From Candidatus Methanomethylicus mesodigestus (lineage in GTDB: Archaea > Thermoproteota > Methanomethylicia > Methanomethylicales > Methanomethylicaceae), in assembly GCA_001717005.1 (NCBI GenBank), contig MAGS01000087.1:15453-72862 (forward strand): a DNA stretch of 57,410 nucleotides, written 5' to 3'. The notes beneath the pieces were generated by a model, which saw nothing but the letters and a program-made list of their open reading frames with translations, was not told the DNA's origin and did not search any database. Position numbers and translations under genes: made by a program. Below, one piece after another: positions 16,559 to 25,342 of the stretch (positions are counted from its first letter, which is position 1; every line of letters starts with the position of its first letter).

Positions 16559-17710
16559 ATGACATCGACCACTAATAAAATTATAATTGCGTCAGTCATC
16601 GTCATCTTAGCCATAGGCGCAGTCAGCGCCGCTGCGTTCTATACCGTAAACAACCAGCTCTCAACCGTGCTTGGGCAGCTGTCCGCACTGAACAGCCAGA
16701 TCTCTAGCATGAGCGGCCAAATCAACTCCCTAAATAATACCCTCACCGGTCTGACAAACGCGCAGACCGAGATAATGAACATCATCCAGACACTTATCGA
16801 CTCAACATACCCGATGACAATAACCGACGCTGCTGGCAGGGCTATCACGCTCTATTCTGCACCTGAACGGATAGTCTCCGGAGCGCCCTCCGTAACTGAA
16901 ATACTCTTTGCCCTCAACCTGTCGCAGCAGGTGGTTGGGGTCGACTCGTACTCCGACTACCCGCCGGAGCTGCTTAGCCTTGAGGCGACAGGCGCTATCC
17001 AGGTCGTTGGCGGGGTCTCAACACTGGACGTGGAGAAGGTAGCCGCCTTGGCTCCCGATCTGGTCATCATCGATTACGGCATGCAGGGGCAGTTCATCGA
17101 CACGCTAAGTGACTTGGGTCTCACCGTCATTGCCCTAAAATCTGACTCGATCCTTGTAGTTGAGCAGAATATCCTCCTGCTCGGAAAAATAAACGACCGG
17201 TCCAGCGAAGCCGTTGCGATCGTGGGCGAGATCGAGAGCACTGTCCAGTCGATCACTGCAAGCCTTGAGGGCGTGAATGATACCCGCGTCTTGGAGCTGA
17301 TGTGGCTCGACCCAATGTATACAACCGGCTCCGGGACCTACCTCAACGAGATAATCGAGATAGCCGGCGGCACAAACATCATGGCCGACAAGTCTGGATG
17401 GGGCGTAACCAACCCCGAGGAGATCCTCCTGAAGAACCCCGACGTCGTCATCTTTGACACCATGTACCTCTCCATGACCTACTCCGAGGTCTTTGGAACC
17501 TTCACAGCATTGGAGGGTTTCGAGAACGTAAACGCCATCATAAACGGGGATGTTTACGTCCTGACGAACCAATCGGCAAACCTCGTTGAGAGGGCCGGAC
17601 CAAGGATCGTTGACGCCATCAAGCTAATGGCATGCATCCTTCACCCCGACATCTTCAACGTGACCATCCCGACACTGCTCGGCGATGACTACCCCAACTA
17701 CATAAGGTGA
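16559..17710 (+). CDS. ABC transporter substrate-binding protein, BtuF/FepB (cobalamin/siderophore) type, membrane-anchored
   Basis: N-terminal TM helix, then a Q/N/S/L-rich heptad-like linker (~50 aa), then a periplasmic-binding-protein type 2 domain (RIVSGAPSVTEILFAL...PDLVI). Confidence 0.8.
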   Translation: MTSTTNKIIIASVIVILAIGAVSAAAFYTVNNQLSTVLGQLSALNSQISSMSGQINSLNNTLTGLTNAQTEIMNIIQTLIDSTYPMTITDAAGRAITLYSAPERIVSGAPSVTEILFALNLSQQVVGVDSYSDYPPELLSLEATGAIQVVGGVSTLDVEKVAALAPDLVIIDYGMQGQFIDTLSDLGLTVIALKSDSILVVEQNILLLGKINDRSSEAVAIVGEIESTVQSITASLEGVNDTRVLELMWLDPMYTTGSGTYLNEIIEIAGGTNIMADKSGWGVTNPEEILLKNPDVVIFDTMYLSMTYSEVFGTFTALEGFENVNAIINGDVYVLTNQSANLVERAGPRIVDAIKLMACILHPDIFNVTIPTLLGDDYPNYIR

Positions 17711-17714
17711 CGGC

Positions 17715-18734
17715 TTGGTGGAGACGACCATAAGGCAGAAGAGGTACAGATTCGTCGTTTACGCTGCTGTCCTCTCTCTTGCCTTGCTCTCCCTTTTTTT
17801 TATCTCCGTCATGATCGGCAGTGTCTGGTTCTCTCCTGAAACCGTAGTGGGCGTATTCTTTGGGACTGAAGGTAGCTCCACGATAACGAGCATCATCATG
17901 GGGTACCGCGTCCCACGCGTCCTGTTCGCACTCTTCACCGGCTTGGTCTTGGGCATATCTGGGGGAGTCATGCAGACGCTCACTAGGAACCCTCTGGCTG
18001 ACCCATACATCACCGGGCTTGCTTCCGGCGCCGCCCTCGGTGCGGCGGTTGCCTTCGTGATGCCTGGCATTCCGCTCTATGCCATTCCGATCTTCGCATT
18101 TGCGGGTGGCATCTTAATGCTCATGCTCGTTATGTTCATATCAAGGAAGGCTGGCAGCGGACCGCTCAACTTCATACTGGCAGGATTGGCGGTAGGAACC
18201 GTCGCCAGCGCCTTCCTCATGATCATCATAACGTCCGCGAGCAATGCGTCGCACGGCATCCTCTACTGGCTCTATGGATCGTTCTCGACGTCGAGCTGGT
18301 CTGATCTCTGGACTGCCGCCTTCATTGCGACGCCCTTCTTGATATTCATGCTGCTCAAGTCAAGAGACCTTAACATACTCATCTTCGGGGAGGACCATGC
18401 TAAGCAGTTGGGGATAAACTCACACCGATTGTGGGTCGCCCTGCTGTTATCGCTCAGCATCGCCGTCTCTGCATGCGTGGCATTCTGCGGCGTGATCGGC
18501 TTTATCGGTCTTGTGGCGCCGCACATAATGCGGTTGCTGGTCGGGTCCGACAACCGCTTCGTCTTGCCCCTGTCAGGCATGATGGGTGCGATCCTCCTGA
18601 TAGTGTCTGACGACATCGTCAGGAGCCCATTAAACCCGCTCTTCGAGATGCCCGTGGGTAGCATGACCGCCCTTATCGGCGTCCCGTTCTTCATTTACCT
18701 GTTGATCAAAAGAGGGAAGAACTTTGACCTCTGA
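17715..18734 (+). CDS. ABC transporter permease, FecCD/BtuC family
   Basis: About 10 predicted TM segments. Family blocks are present: NPLADPYITGLASGAALG and GVIGFIGLVAPHIMR. Confidence 0.9.
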   Translation: MVETTIRQKRYRFVVYAAVLSLALLSLFFISVMIGSVWFSPETVVGVFFGTEGSSTITSIIMGYRVPRVLFALFTGLVLGISGGVMQTLTRNPLADPYITGLASGAALGAAVAFVMPGIPLYAIPIFAFAGGILMLMLVMFISRKAGSGPLNFILAGLAVGTVASAFLMIIITSASNASHGILYWLYGSFSTSSWSDLWTAAFIATPFLIFMLLKSRDLNILIFGEDHAKQLGINSHRLWVALLLSLSIAVSACVAFCGVIGFIGLVAPHIMRLLVGSDNRFVLPLSGMMGAILLIVSDDIVRSPLNPLFEMPVGSMTALIGVPFFIYLLIKRGKNFDL

Positions 18735-19530
18735 AGAGCCTGCTCTCTCTCTGGAATGCGTGACCGTCGAATTAGGCGGAAAGAGGATCTTGGATAATAT
18801 CAACGCCAAAGTGATGGCTGGGGAGGTATTCGGCATAATCGGTCCGAACGGCTCTGGAAAAACGACTCTCCTCAAGTGCGTATCCCGGACGATCTCTCCC
18901 ATTAGCGGCCGCATATCCATACGGGGGAAGCCGATAGATGCCTATTCCGACAGGGACTTCTCAATAGAGGTTTCGGCAATGCTCCCCCACTGGCCGAGCG
19001 GCTTCAGCATAGACGCATATGAGATCGTGCTTATGGGCTGCAGGAACCGGACCAAAGGCATCTGGTGGGAGGGCGGCGAAGAGTTATCTGTCGTAGACGG
19101 CGTCCTCAGGCAGCTGAACGCCACGAACCTCATTCACAGGGACTTCGACACCCTTAGCAGTGGTGAGCAGCGCAAGATACTCATTGCGAAGTCGCTCGCG
19201 CAGCGGACAGGCATCGTCCTGCTTGATGAGCCCGTGGCATATTTGGACCTCAAGCACAAGCTGGAGGTCATGGAGGTCATGAGGGACTTGGCCAGCAGCG
19301 GACATACCGTGGTCATGTCCCTCCACGAGCTGGAGCTTGCATCGAAGTACTGCGATCACCTGCTGGCTTTGGACTCGGGAAACGTGAAGTTCTTCGGCAC
19401 GCCTAGGGAGGTCGTGACGGTCGACCTCCTCCGGGAGGTCTATGGAGTCCAGGCATACGTAAGGTGGGATGAGGCGTGCAACTTTGCCACGATAATACCG
19501 CGCAGCTCCAAAGATAGACGAGGTGGATAG
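18724..19530 (+). CDS. ABC transporter ATP-binding protein (BtuD/FepC type)
   Basis: Walker A GPNGSGKTT, signature LSSGEQ, Walker B VLLDEP. Overlaps the permease gene by 11 nt. Ends in TAG. Confidence 0.9.
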   Translation: MTSEEPALSLECVTVELGGKRILDNINAKVMAGEVFGIIGPNGSGKTTLLKCVSRTISPISGRISIRGKPIDAYSDRDFSIEVSAMLPHWPSGFSIDAYEIVLMGCRNRTKGIWWEGGEELSVVDGVLRQLNATNLIHRDFDTLSSGEQRKILIAKSLAQRTGIVLLDEPVAYLDLKHKLEVMEVMRDLASSGHTVVMSLHELELASKYCDHLLALDSGNVKFFGTPREVVTVDLLREVYGVQAYVRWDEACNFATIIPRSSKDRRGG

Positions 19531-19532
19531 AA

Positions 19533-20504
19533 ATGGCTACAAACGATCTTATCGATGAGCTTAATGAGCTAATCATTGGTACCCTCCGTAGGGGCGTATT
19601 TGACGGCATCCTCCTATCCGGGGGGATCGACAGCAGCCTTGTGGCTTGCCACGCATACACGATGGCGCCTCTTACTGGAGTGACGATGGCGCTGGACCGC
19701 GCTAATGCCCCTGATCTGTACTACTCCGAACTGGTCGCCAAGAGGACCCGCATAAACCATGTTCCCGCCTCTTATGACATGGAAACGGCAGAGGCTGCCG
19801 CGCGTGAAGTAGTCCAAGTTATGAAAACATTCGATCATGTGGAGATACGAAACGATATCACAATCCTGCTGGCGCTCAAGAGGCTGAAGGAAGCCGGCAT
19901 AAGCAAGGTTCTGACCGGCGACGGAGGAGACGAGCTCTTCGCCGGCTACAGCCACATGCTGGCGATGTCCCCAGAAGCGCTTCGTAAATACATCGGGTCA
20001 TTGACCAAGCGGTGGCGATTCTCATCCATAGCGCTCGGCAGGGCAATCGGCGTGACCGTTGTACCGCCGTTGATCGATGAAAAAATCGTCGAGTTCGCAT
20101 TGAAGTTGCCCTATGAATACTTGGTGCGTGAACGATACGGCATGCTCTGGGGAAAATGGGTCCTAAGGTCTGCCTTGGAGCGGTTCGGTCTTGGCGAGGT
20201 TGCCTGGAGGGAAAAGGCTCCAATAGAGAAGGGGAGCGGGAGCGAGCGGCTCAGCATCGCCTTCCAGAAGAAGCTGGGCGAGGGAATCCATGACATCAAG
20301 CGCGAAGCCGAGGTCGAGGGCGTTAGATTCTGGAGCGATGAGCAGATCTACTTCTATCAGCTATACCGGGAGCTGGTTGGCAATATCCCCCGGCCCTGTA
20401 GCGACGATGAGGCACGCTGCCCTCGTTGCGGAGCGGCAAAGCCAGAACGCCTTGCATTCTGCCGGGTCTGCGGCTACTGCGAATCTAAAGGCGAGGTCCT
20501 ATGA
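19533..20504 (+). CDS. Asparagine synthetase-like PP-loop ATPase (synthetase domain only, no glutaminase domain) with C-terminal zinc ribbon
   Basis: SGGIDSS PP-loop, LTGDGGDELFAGY, and C-terminal CPRCG...CRVCGYC. The ATG lies 2 nt after the btuD-like stop. Confidence 0.75.
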   Translation: MATNDLIDELNELIIGTLRRGVFDGILLSGGIDSSLVACHAYTMAPLTGVTMALDRANAPDLYYSELVAKRTRINHVPASYDMETAEAAAREVVQVMKTFDHVEIRNDITILLALKRLKEAGISKVLTGDGGDELFAGYSHMLAMSPEALRKYIGSLTKRWRFSSIALGRAIGVTVVPPLIDEKIVEFALKLPYEYLVRERYGMLWGKWVLRSALERFGLGEVAWREKAPIEKGSGSERLSIAFQKKLGEGIHDIKREAEVEGVRFWSDEQIYFYQLYRELVGNIPRPCSDDEARCPRCGAAKPERLAFCRVCGYCESKGEVL

Positions 20505-21148
20505 AAGGGGCGGCATTCTTCTCCGGGGGAAAGGACTCGGTCTATGCCATAATGAAGGCAAAAGAATGTGGGATCCCCGTAGATGTGCTTATCTTCAGCG
20601 TATATGATTTTCCGAGACCCAGTCCGCATTTCGTTAACTTCAAAATAGTGGAATCCATCGCGCAGGAGATGGGCTTACCGCTCGTTGTAAACAGGATGAA
20701 AAAGGGCGAAGAGGTCAAGAGAACAAGCGATCTGCTCGAAGAGCTAGGCGTGAGCCACATAGTTACCGGCGACATCTTCGCAGCCCACCTCCAATGGTTC
20801 TCTGAGATCTGCGCCCCCCTGCAAATATCCTACCATACGCCGCTTCTGCTCGATGGCACCAAGGACAGTCGTGCAGTCATCCTTGACGAGCTCGCCTTGG
20901 GGATACGCCCGCTGCTCGTGCATGTGGACGGTAGCCGCCTGCCAAAGGAATACCTTGGAAAGGTAATCGACAGGCGCCTTATCGAACGCATAAGCAAGAC
21001 ATCTGACCCTTGCGGCGAAAACGGCGAGTACCACACCTTGGCAATAGGCTTCCCTATGATGGGGAGATCTGTCAGCGTTGAAGACTCCGAGCAATTCAGT
21101 ATAGGGTTTCACCATTACCTCAAGATAAATCGTTTCAGTATGAAGTAA
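20501..21148 (+). CDS. PP-loop ATPase of the MJ0570 / Dph6 (diphthine-ammonia ligase-like) family
   Basis: SGGKDS at the N-terminus. ~215 aa alpha/beta ATP-pyrophosphatase fold family. ATGA start/stop overlap with the preceding gene. Confidence 0.7.
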   Translation: MKGAAFFSGGKDSVYAIMKAKECGIPVDVLIFSVYDFPRPSPHFVNFKIVESIAQEMGLPLVVNRMKKGEEVKRTSDLLEELGVSHIVTGDIFAAHLQWFSEICAPLQISYHTPLLLDGTKDSRAVILDELALGIRPLLVHVDGSRLPKEYLGKVIDRRLIERISKTSDPCGENGEYHTLAIGFPMMGRSVSVEDSEQFSIGFHHYLKINRFSMK

Positions 21149-21160
21149 GAGGCGCATGTC

Positions 21161-22549
21161 ATGTCTGCTATGGCTCAACACGGTGGAGAGGTGCTCCTGA
21201 TCTCAAAGGAGATGGCAATCCCGCTTACTGCATTGAAGGACTTCAGCCTGAACGCCAATCCATACGGTCCTCCGAAAGCAGTCATCAGTGCCATAAATGC
21301 GCACCTCAATCTGATCAGGTTCTACCCTGACCGCTCTTACGCGGGTCTAAAGGAAGCCATCGCATCCTCCATCCATGCCCCTCCAGCCAATGTGATTGTG
21401 GGCAATGGCTGCACCGAGATCATACACGCATTCATGTCAAGGTTCATCCGGAAGGGGTCGTTGCTCCTCTGCCTCCCCACTTTCAGCGAGTATGCGGCAG
21501 CCGCTGAGGCGCTTGGCATCAGTGTCTGCCTAGTTGAACCAAAAGGGGTCAGAGTGGATATAGACGCTCTAAAGGACGAGGCAACGACCAAGCGGGCATC
21601 GTGCATCATACTGTGCAACCCAAACAACCCTACAGGCGAGTTGATCCCTCGGCAAAAGGTGAAGGAAATCATCGAACTTGCCCTGCGCGAGGGTCTCTAT
21701 TTGATGGTTGACGAGGCATACATGGACTTCGCAGACGCCGGGTCGGACGCCTCTGTGGTTGACTTGGCGACATCCAGCGATTGCTTGGCTGTATTGAGGT
21801 CGCTGACCAAGCCGTATGGATTCCCCGGGCTGAGAGTGGGCTATGCCGTGTGCGGCAGCAACATCGCTTCGAGGTTCGACAAGACTGCCGTGAGCTGGCG
21901 CGTCGGAACTCTTGAGGACTGCGCAGGAATCGCGGCGCTGAACGACCAAGAGTTTCTCGCATCCTCAAAGATGAAGATGGCGCAGGAGAAGCGTTTCCTA
22001 ATGGACGGCATCTCTGAAATCGGATGCCTAAAGGTGTTGGAGTCGAAGAGCAACTTCTTGTTCATAGACCTCACCGAGAGCGGCTTCAGCCCAAAGAACC
22101 TCAAGTGGCGCCTCCTCTCGCACGGTGTTCTAATCAGGGAGCTCAGTGATGTAAAAGGCATATCGCATAACTTCATCAGGATATGCGTGAGAGACCGGAC
22201 GGATAACCGCCTGATACTCGACTCGCTCCGTAACATAATAACGCCGAATATATCGAGCATGGGGAAGCGAGGCTGCCCTTACTACCCCTGCCACTTCCCA
22301 GATCAGGCTTGCAGCTTCTGCAAGTGCCCGTTCTACCCGTGCCTCGACAACCTGACGGGCGGATTCTTCGCCCGGCGCACCACGAGCGGAATAATCTGGA
22401 GTTGCAAGGGGTGCGAATGGATACACCGAAAGGAAGTCGCCGGATTCGTCGAGGGCGCATTATCGGAGGCTGAGCTGGACATCCGGCGCGCAACCTCCGA
22501 TGAGCTCTTAGGCGTGAGAAAAAGAGCCATGAAGGCCTGCCCCCCATGA
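21161..22549 (+). CDS. cobD: L-threonine-O-3-phosphate decarboxylase CobD (PLP aminotransferase fold) with Cys-rich C-terminal extension
   Basis: Class I/II aminotransferase fold with PLP-Lys context SLTKPYGFPGLRVGY. Carries a ~100-aa tail: CPYYPCHFPDQACSFCKCPFYPC...WSCKGCEW. Confidence 0.85.
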   Translation: MSAMAQHGGEVLLISKEMAIPLTALKDFSLNANPYGPPKAVISAINAHLNLIRFYPDRSYAGLKEAIASSIHAPPANVIVGNGCTEIIHAFMSRFIRKGSLLLCLPTFSEYAAAAEALGISVCLVEPKGVRVDIDALKDEATTKRASCIILCNPNNPTGELIPRQKVKEIIELALREGLYLMVDEAYMDFADAGSDASVVDLATSSDCLAVLRSLTKPYGFPGLRVGYAVCGSNIASRFDKTAVSWRVGTLEDCAGIAALNDQEFLASSKMKMAQEKRFLMDGISEIGCLKVLESKSNFLFIDLTESGFSPKNLKWRLLSHGVLIRELSDVKGISHNFIRICVRDRTDNRLILDSLRNIITPNISSMGKRGCPYYPCHFPDQACSFCKCPFYPCLDNLTGGFFARRTTSGIIWSCKGCEWIHRKEVAGFVEGALSEAELDIRRATSDELLGVRKRAMKACPP

Positions 22550-23493
22550 TTGTCGATGGCGCACTAATACTGCTCTTGGCACTCGCGATAGACTTGGTGA
22601 TGGGAGAGCCGCCGCAGAAGGTCCATCTTACGGTCTGGATGGGGTGGCTCATAGAGCGGCTTGAGCATCCTATGAGGAGGCTGTTCAAGAACGAGAAGGT
22701 AGGCGGTGCCGCTCTGGCATCGGTCTCCATGGTCGCCTTTGTCGCGCCCTTGATCTTGGGCCTGTACATTCTGCACTCCTATAGCTGGGCGCTCTACATA
22801 GTGGCATCGGCATTCCTGCTAAAGACAACCTTCGCATTCAGGAGCATGTTTGGGCATGTAATGCCCATCCTTAACAACCTTGAGACCAACTTGGATGAGG
22901 CCAGGCGTCATGCCTCCCGGGTCGTGCGGAGGGACACCTCCAAGCTGGGGGCGCCCCTGATCGCATCGGTTGCCGTTGAGACTGTTGCGGAGGGGTTTGT
23001 GGACGGCACCCTCTCCCCGCTCTTCTATTATTGCCTGTTTGGGGTCCCTGGGGCGGTGGTATACAGAGTCATCAATACGCTTGACTCCACTGTTGGCTAC
23101 CTTGATGCCCGCTACGCCCGCTTCGGGTGGCTCTCGGCAAAGCTTGACACGATCGCGAATTACCTTCCTGCTCGTATCTCTGTGGCATTATTCGCGTGTG
23201 CCGCCCTCTTACTGAGGCTCGACTGGCGTGGGGCGATCAGGATCGCAAAGAGGGACCATGCCATCACCAAGAGCCGGAATGCAGGGTGGCCCATGTCTGC
23301 CATGGCCGGGGCGCTGAACGGGAGGCTTGAGAAGGTCGGGTCATACGCGCTGGGGGACCCCGTATCGCCACTCTGTTCCCGAAAGATAATGGAATCCCTG
23401 CGAATCTTTGCCTTAGCAACTTCATTGCTCTGCATCACGATCCTGGCATTCACATATTTATGGGGTGTTATGTTTGGAACAGGAACTACTTGA
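22546..23493 (+). CDS. cbiB: Adenosylcobinamide-phosphate synthase CbiB (CobD/CbiB family membrane protein)
   Basis: N-terminus LLLALAIDLVMGEPP..HLTVWMG. Polytopic membrane protein. ATGA overlap with cobD. Confidence 0.9.
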   Translation: MIVDGALILLLALAIDLVMGEPPQKVHLTVWMGWLIERLEHPMRRLFKNEKVGGAALASVSMVAFVAPLILGLYILHSYSWALYIVASAFLLKTTFAFRSMFGHVMPILNNLETNLDEARRHASRVVRRDTSKLGAPLIASVAVETVAEGFVDGTLSPLFYYCLFGVPGAVVYRVINTLDSTVGYLDARYARFGWLSAKLDTIANYLPARISVALFACAALLLRLDWRGAIRIAKRDHAITKSRNAGWPMSAMAGALNGRLEKVGSYALGDPVSPLCSRKIMESLRIFALATSLLCITILAFTYLWGVMFGTGTT

Positions 23494-24601
23494 CGGCGTA
23501 ACTCTATCTATAAGCAGAGACGCGCTGGCGATCACTGCCAAGAGAGAGATGAAGACGTTCAGCTCGGCAGCGGTCAACGGGGGGGCACAGCGGTCTAGGA
23601 CAATCTTAAACCTGAAGGTCGACAAGAACTTCAACGAGGATGTCGGCGTCCACTTCAAGAGCCGGATCGCCTCGATGGGGGCTGCCGAAGACTCCGTCTG
23701 CCTTATGACTGCCGCAGACGTTACAAAGGCGGCGGTAGCGATCGATGCCGCAGACAGCCTCAGGATGGCGGTCGTGGTCACCGCGGGCACTTCGAACGCA
23801 ACAAACATAGCCGAGAGTGATGCCATCCATGCCGCCGGCACCATCAACATCATAATCCTAGTGAATATGGGCATGACCGACGCGTGCATGGCAAACGCGA
23901 TAATTGCCGCCACCGAAGCCAAATGCAGTGCCCTGGCATCGCTCGACGTGAGGAGTATGTTCTCAAAAGGCGCCGCAACTGGCACCACATCAGACGCGAT
24001 GGTGGTCGCCTCTCTGCAGGAGGGCTCCCGGCTCTGCCTCTATTCCGGGGCAGCCACTGCTCTGGGCCAGCTGATCGGCAAAAATGTCAAGAGGGCTGTC
24101 AGGGCGGCAATAATGTCGCATGACAGCCTCCTCCCCCACCGGCCTCTCGAAGCAAGGCTCGCGGAAAGGGGCATCAGCGTTGAAGACCTCGTGTCCGCTG
24201 CAATGGTGATGTATGTCCCGCACCCGGCCGTCCCACAGGAGGATGCAAGGACCATCGTCCGCCAGCTCCTTGATGAGGCAATGGACGACGTGAACATAGC
24301 GTCCCTCATAATGGCTGCGATAAGGCTCAACGAAGACGGCGCCTCCGGCCTCATACCCAACATGCCCGAGGCGACCTACAACTCCGACCCCGTGCACCTC
24401 GTGGCCGACGAGATGATCGGAACTCTGATCAGCATGCAGATCGCCGGCTACTACGGCCTCTTCGAGTTCTACCGATTCGACAGGAAAAAGCCGGGCATCT
24501 TGGGCGTCCTGCCACCCTTCCTCGACGATGCCTTGGGGGCGCTGATCGCTGGGGTTTCCAGCAAGATGTACAGTGAGGTTATCAAGAGGCACCGCGAATG
24601 A
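23465..24601 (+). CDS. cbiZ: Adenosylcobinamide amidohydrolase CbiZ fused to a PgpA-like (CobZ-type alpha-ribazole-phosphate phosphatase) domain
   Basis: The N-terminal half matches the CbiZ family (FSSAAVNGG...TAGTSNA...TINIIILV). The C-terminal half has PgpA-family blocks ADEMIG, FYRFDRKKPG and LDDALGALIAGV. Confidence 0.7.
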   Translation: MLCLEQELLDGVTLSISRDALAITAKREMKTFSSAAVNGGAQRSRTILNLKVDKNFNEDVGVHFKSRIASMGAAEDSVCLMTAADVTKAAVAIDAADSLRMAVVVTAGTSNATNIAESDAIHAAGTINIIILVNMGMTDACMANAIIAATEAKCSALASLDVRSMFSKGAATGTTSDAMVVASLQEGSRLCLYSGAATALGQLIGKNVKRAVRAAIMSHDSLLPHRPLEARLAERGISVEDLVSAAMVMYVPHPAVPQEDARTIVRQLLDEAMDDVNIASLIMAAIRLNEDGASGLIPNMPEATYNSDPVHLVADEMIGTLISMQIAGYYGLFEFYRFDRKKPGILGVLPPFLDDALGALIAGVSSKMYSEVIKRHRE

Positions 24602-25341
24602 GCGTCATCAACGGTCTCAGGGCAGTCCTCTCCTTCCTCACGATAATCCCCGTGAGATCGTCCTCCATAGATGAGATGGCTAGGCACGCATACCTCTTTC
24701 CAGTGGTAGGGGGGCTCGTGGGCCTCGTTTGCGGAACCGTGGGCCTCTTCGCATTCAACCTCTTGCCCGATCAGCTCGCCGGGTGGGCTGTCATAGGGTG
24801 CCTGGGGCTGATCACCGGCCTCACCCACTTCGACAGCCTGCTTGACCTCGGGGATGGCCTCATGCTGAGGGGGACGCAAGAGAGGCGCCTGCAGGCTCTG
24901 CATGATAAATACCATGGAATCGGCGGCACATTCCTGCTATTGTTCTCCATCGTCGTTACTCAGTCGCTGGTGGTCTCTGCAGGGGGGGCTATCCTGACCA
25001 CTCTCATCGCAGCCGAGGCGCTGTCCAAGTTTTCAATGGTCTTACTGGGGTGCCTCGGGAAGCCCGGGCCTGAAGGGATCGGCGCAACCTTCATCAAGGC
25101 GCTAAGCAAACGGAAGTCGCTATACGCCGCTGCCTGCGCCTCCATATCGCTCCTGTTGAGCGTCCCCCTCTACCCACTCGGCAGCGCCATAGCATTCGTG
25201 TCCGTTGCGACCTTCACGGTGCTGATCAAGCGTTTCCTCATCCGGATATTCGGCTGCATAAACGGCGACATGATGGGCGCATGTGGCGAGTTCGCGCGGA
25301 TGATATCCTTGTTCGCCCTCATCTATGTGGTCGTGGCATGA
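24598..25341 (+). CDS. cobS: Adenosylcobinamide-GDP ribazoletransferase (cobalamin-5'-phosphate synthase) CobS
   Basis: LSFLTIIPV N-terminus. Polytopic membrane protein of ~247 aa. ATGA overlap with the preceding gene. Confidence 0.9.
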   Translation: MSVINGLRAVLSFLTIIPVRSSSIDEMARHAYLFPVVGGLVGLVCGTVGLFAFNLLPDQLAGWAVIGCLGLITGLTHFDSLLDLGDGLMLRGTQERRLQALHDKYHGIGGTFLLLFSIVVTQSLVVSAGGAILTTLIAAEALSKFSMVLLGCLGKPGPEGIGATFIKALSKRKSLYAAACASISLLLSVPLYPLGSAIAFVSVATFTVLIKRFLIRIFGCINGDMMGACGEFARMISLFALIYVVVA

Positions 25342-25342
25342 T

